A stretch of 61,894 nucleotides of DNA, the filler included. It is 12 parts of 12 records of this genome, joined end to end, with 100 filler letters (N's around TTAATTAATTAA, not from the genome) between each part and the next. Parts side by side here need not be neighbours in the genome. Positions count along the whole stretch, not along the records: positions 57,716 to 61,894 come from SRR15195285_8706; 11 more parts are not named here. The stretch is one strand, 5' to 3'. The notes beneath the pieces are model-generated. The model made no database searches. It saw only the letters and a program-made list of their open reading frames with translations, and had not been told where the DNA came from. This document shows positions 58,046 through 61,894 of this stretch, one piece after another. The first letter of the stretch is position 1, and each line of letters begins with the position of its first letter. The translations under genes and the position numbers were made by a program.

Positions 58046-58839
58046 ATGGTGCAGAAAGCGGCTGCAATCAGCTTCTACAGTCTGGCTGCTGCATACATCG
58101 CTCTGCTTCCACCCGTAGCCGGCCTAGACAATGGCGTCGGGACGCGCCCGCCCATGGGCTTTCTTTCGTGGGAGAAGTTTCGCTGCAATCTCCACTGCCC
58201 GTTCCGTTTCGGTCGTTGGCTCGACACTGTAATCTCTGGCGAAACTATCTTGATGTGCAAGATAACTGGGATAGCGTTGCTGGCATCATCGATTTCTTCC
58301 ACAGCCGCTACGATTACGATCTGCGACGCCAGTCTGGCGATCCTTCTGAGTTCGCAGCTGTGGCTGCGCCTGGGAGCTTCAATGATGCCGACATGCTCGT
58401 GATAGGGAATTCTCTCACTGCAGTCGAAGAAGAAACCCAGATGGCCATGTGGTCAATTTTTGCTTCGCCTCTGTACATATCTACCGACCTTCGCAGCATA
58501 AGTAACGAATCTCGAGCGATCCTTCTCAATCCAGAAGCCATCGCTATCAACCAGGATATTTTAGGGCGACAAGGCAGCCGAGTATGGCAGAGGGCCGACG
58601 TGCAGCTGTGGCGTCGCTCGCTATCCGGCGGTGCAGTGGCAGCTGTTTTGTACAACTCTGGAAATCGGCAGGCGACAGAGCAACTGGCTTTGGAGAGCGT
58701 CGGCTTTGCAGCAGACACGGCAGTGGAGGCGCGGGAAGTCTTCGGCGACGAAAACATAACGCAGCATGCCGGTGGGAGTACCATTGGTCTTCAGGTGGCA
58801 CCACATGGTGTCCGCATGTTTCGTCTGCGTGCTATGTGA
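58046..58839 (+). pseudogene. GH27 alpha-galactosidase/alpha-N-acetylgalactosaminidase with large internal deletion and frameshift
   Basis: Signal peptide + LDNGVGTRPPMGFLSWEKFRC abuts CNLWRNYLDVQDNW...PGSFNDADMLVIGN...AINQD.LG.QG in a different frame. The IDDxW and KxD segments are absent. Confidence 0.75.
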
Positions 58840-58946
58840 GAACCTGCTGCGGTAGATGCGATTGCAATTGTTTTTTGAAAAGTCTTTCGGGGCGTCTATC
58901 AACGTCGTACCGGTACATTATCGTGGGACCATAACCTATGTGGCTG

Positions 58947-60917
58947 TCACAGCTTGCTGTCGAAGCTGCCATTTGTTGAGGGGTGCATTCTGTTGAAGCC
59001 TTTGCTCATCACGGCGCGCCGCTCAGACTCGCCCCGCCATCCCCATACACCGTGGGCAAGGTGATTGAAATAGATCACAACGGAGCCTGCCGTGACCTGC
59101 AAGTGTCTGATTGCGTCAAGGTCCATCGAAGTGTGCGTTGGTCGTGGCACTGGGTACAGCTGCTTGTGACTGCCTGGGACCAGAACAAAACCGCCGTCAT
59201 TAGGTCCAACGTCTTTCAACTGCCATGCGTAGTTGCACATGCTCGTGTGTGGCCGAGCGGTCGTTGTGAATTGCGAGAATTCATCGAACGAGCCACCATG
59301 CAAGTAGTTGCCCACACAGCCAGGTGGATTAACTGACACGGAGCCAATGTTGATGCTCATATACCAGCCTTCTCCCAAGATCCAGTTGAATCGGGAGGTG
59401 ATCGCCGGATGGCCAATCATCCGCTTGAACGGATCGGAGTACTCAGGCTCCATTTCCAGCAGCACCTTGCCCACAATTCCGCGTGATGGCTTGTCACCCA
59501 TCAGCCGTTCAGAGCACCCAGGCATTTTGAGCTCGTCCGGTGGTACAAAGCACTCCCTCACAGATCCGGGCTGGTAATCTACCTGCTCCGTTCGACACCA
59601 TCAGTGTGACAGACCTCCTGGACGCAAGTAAGACAGTATTGGAATCGAGAGTTCTTTCGTTGATTGATAGTTTCCAGTAGATTGGTTACTCCGATTCCAC
59701 CAGAGTTGAACTCGTTGTATCCATCGGAAGCCAGAGCAACATCCACCGCCACATTAGCTTGCCCAAGCCACTCCTCATCCATCACATCGGGAATCACCAG
59801 ATCTGTGTTGCAGTTAAACGTGCTATGAGTCAGCCACTGCCAGTCGACAGTCGATCAGCAAAGTACGTATTCAACGATACGATCCAATGGACTCACAGCC
59901 GTGGGTATCAAAGAACCAACGCTCAGCTTCCTCCCGTGTGCTCGCCTGTGCCACCCTCGCTGGCTCTTTCAGCCGCGCGTGGACACCATCAGAATGGACT
60001 GCGCCCATTCCTGGATGACCGCCAACAGTCGCTTGCTGCTCTGGCGAAAGCTCATAAAACCATGGTGGCATTGGTGGCGGCGGTGGTTCCACAAAGTGAT
60101 GGCCTTTCAAATGCCACTCCGGGTTGATCAGGTACCTGATACAGACAAAATTGACAGAAGTCGTCAGTGCCCCCGTTATGCCGCAGGGCAATCGGTGATG
60201 CATTGTGTGGCCTTGGTCTCACCGATCATCGGCAAAGGTCCAGTCATCGTTCGTTAGATTGTCTGCGAGCGTCGTTGATTTTGGCGAAGCTGCAGGACCT
60301 TCTTGCCCAATCTTTGTGTCCCGACAAAAAATTAGCTCTAGAATCCGCGGCGCCGTAGCTTTGGAATTTGATCCATCATTTGTCCAAGACAGGAGAGTTG
60401 TAGCAGCAGCAATGACCAGATCACCAGCACGCAGTGGTCCGACTGGCACAAGCGCTTTCATTTGGGCTGCCACCTTCGGGCTAGGAGCAGGCAACGAACT
60501 CTTGTGTGAAGCTGTGACGGTGCCGAGACCGCTGCAGTCATCCAGGACCCACAGAACTCGGAATCCGCGGACCTCTGCGCGACGAAACGAGTAGTCACCG
60601 GTAGGCTGGCCGACAACGATGTCGTACCCCAGCCGCTTCATATCTTCGATGGCGTCGGAGTTGAGCCATGCGCCATTGACGGAGGGTAGCAGCCGTGGTG
60701 GCTGATCCAGGTGGTATTTGGTCTCTCCGCACGCGAGTACTGGCAACAAGTCCAGCAGCGCTGGGTGCGCGCGAAGTGGGTTTGCCGCCGCGGAGATTGA
60801 AGACACTGTGTGAGCCTGCTGCTGCGCCTCCGCGAGCTGTCCAGCAGATAGGGCGGCAGGCAGGTGGACCAAGCCCATCACATCGAAGGTCCACGCATGC
60901 TCACATGGTGCGTCCAT
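58947..60917 (-). CDS. Two-domain phytanoyl-CoA dioxygenase (PhyH)-family Fe/2OG enzyme
   Basis: Exons 60917-60223, 60135-59897, 59802-59690 (donor uncertain), 59582-58947. Domain 1 (WTFDVMG...ASHKS...AGDLV) is degenerate. Domain 2 has WFFDTHGYLVI, LHGG, WQLKDV...GGFVLVPGSHK, AGSVVI, AHG, ERR. Confidence 0.8.
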
Positions 60918-61436
60918 CGCGCCCCCCTCAGCCTCCTAGCCTTGCCACACTGCCAAAATAGTCCTAAAATCGCTCGGGTGCGGTGTCCCGCCACCCTGCG
61001 ACCGTCCGGCGCGTCGCGCCCGCGGCGCGCGCCGGGCGGTCGCGCGGGGCCCGCCACTGTGTGCGCCCGCGCGGTGCGTCGATCAGACCCAAGCGCGCGG
61101 CCCAAGGCCCTGAGTCAGTGCCCAGGTTCTATACTAGTAGGCTCAATACTAATTAGTTATCTGCCACCCAGTGAGTGCCATGCATGCTGATCGGTGTAGT
61201 CGATGCGGACATTGATTTCATAGGGAGTTCCTATACTGAGCGCGATCCCCCGGAGCACGCACGCCCGACAACAGACCAACGGCAAGAGCAACAGAAGGAG
61301 TATGTTGCATCATGCAAAACAGACTACAAGAAGTGGTTCGATGACACGGTGGAGGAGCTAGCGGATCTGGTCGAAACTCACCGGTGACCCCCCTACTGTG
61401 AAATCCAGGTTGCATTTCCTCGCATGTGATTGATCG

Positions 61437-61724
61437 TGGTGCTCGCTTGAAAGCATGAACACGCTTCGTCTCAGGCGCACTATAGTCTAGTGCGGCTCCA
61501 AAGTCCGCTGGGCCTCGAGGCTCGGTCCGCTTGGTGCTGAGAAGCAATTCCTCGCGGGTTGAATAAGATGGAGCACGGGCATAAGCCTTGCGAATGAACC
61601 AGCTTGGCCATCCTCGTGCACGTAGACGGGAAGATAACAGAGAGATCATCCGTACAAAAGCTGCATGAGTAGAACAGCGCTTGATGTACCTTATGATCTC
61701 GCCAATAGCTAGGATGCGTAGATC
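61437..61724 (-). mobile_element. Degenerate Penelope-like retroelement RT C-terminal (thumb) fragment
   Basis: Frame reads IGEIIRYIKRCSTHAAFVRMISLLSSRLRARGWPSWFIRKAY...REELL...LDYS...HAFKRAP, matching the PLE GE..RY.R.CS...F...RL..RG(Y/W)P pattern; in-frame stop immediately upstream. Confidence 0.7.
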
Positions 61725-61894
61725 TCAGCGGGCGCTACCCTGTGATAGCGCCACAGCTGTTCGTGTCGAAGTCGGGGGCGTTGTTCACGCCTGTGTCTAT
61801 CGAGACGCCAGATTGCTGTGCGGCCGTAGCACGCACGGAGAGACACAACTATAAACACTAGATCTACACTGACACTTCACACAGTTTGCCGGAG

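Noticed and set aside
53174-58839. GH33-like + GH65-like + GH27 as a three-gene cluster
   Set aside because: GH27 is on a different contig (linker 57616-57715)
61175-61387. Short + strand ORF with protein-like composition next to the PLE remnant
   Set aside because: 70 codons with no ATG start context or recognisable motif; cannot be called

Overview
GC-rich eukaryotic (probably heterotrophic protist) genomic DNA, not prokaryotic. It is 12 separate contigs joined by 11 identical artificial 100-nt linkers (44 N + TTAATTAATTAA + 44 N), so adjacency across linkers means nothing. About 23 protein-coding genes can be supported, many only after hand-splicing short GT-AG introns (41-167 nt). They include MSH3, a Y-family DNA polymerase, a DnaQ-type 3'-5' exonuclease, a SURF4-like protein, an MFS transporter, a sulfatase, GH3/GH27/GH33-like/GH65-like glycosidases, FkbM and tandem SAM methyltransferases, two Fe/2OG oxygenases, ankyrin/EF-hand/PDZ/ASH-like proteins and a sushi-repeat receptor kinase. 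Main highlights: (1) an 8-exon gene, invisible in the ORF track, that fuses a Fuseless-like multi-pass membrane domain to a Tudor domain; (2) two neighbouring GH3 introns that are ~77% identical, suggesting intron duplication or an introner; (3) a PhyH-type oxygenase with a halogenase-like HxG motif; (4) two short non-coding elements shared between contigs; (5) an internally deleted GH27; (6) a Penelope-like RT remnant. No rRNA, tRNA or CRISPR array was recognised. All family calls come from reading motifs by eye; no database search was run.
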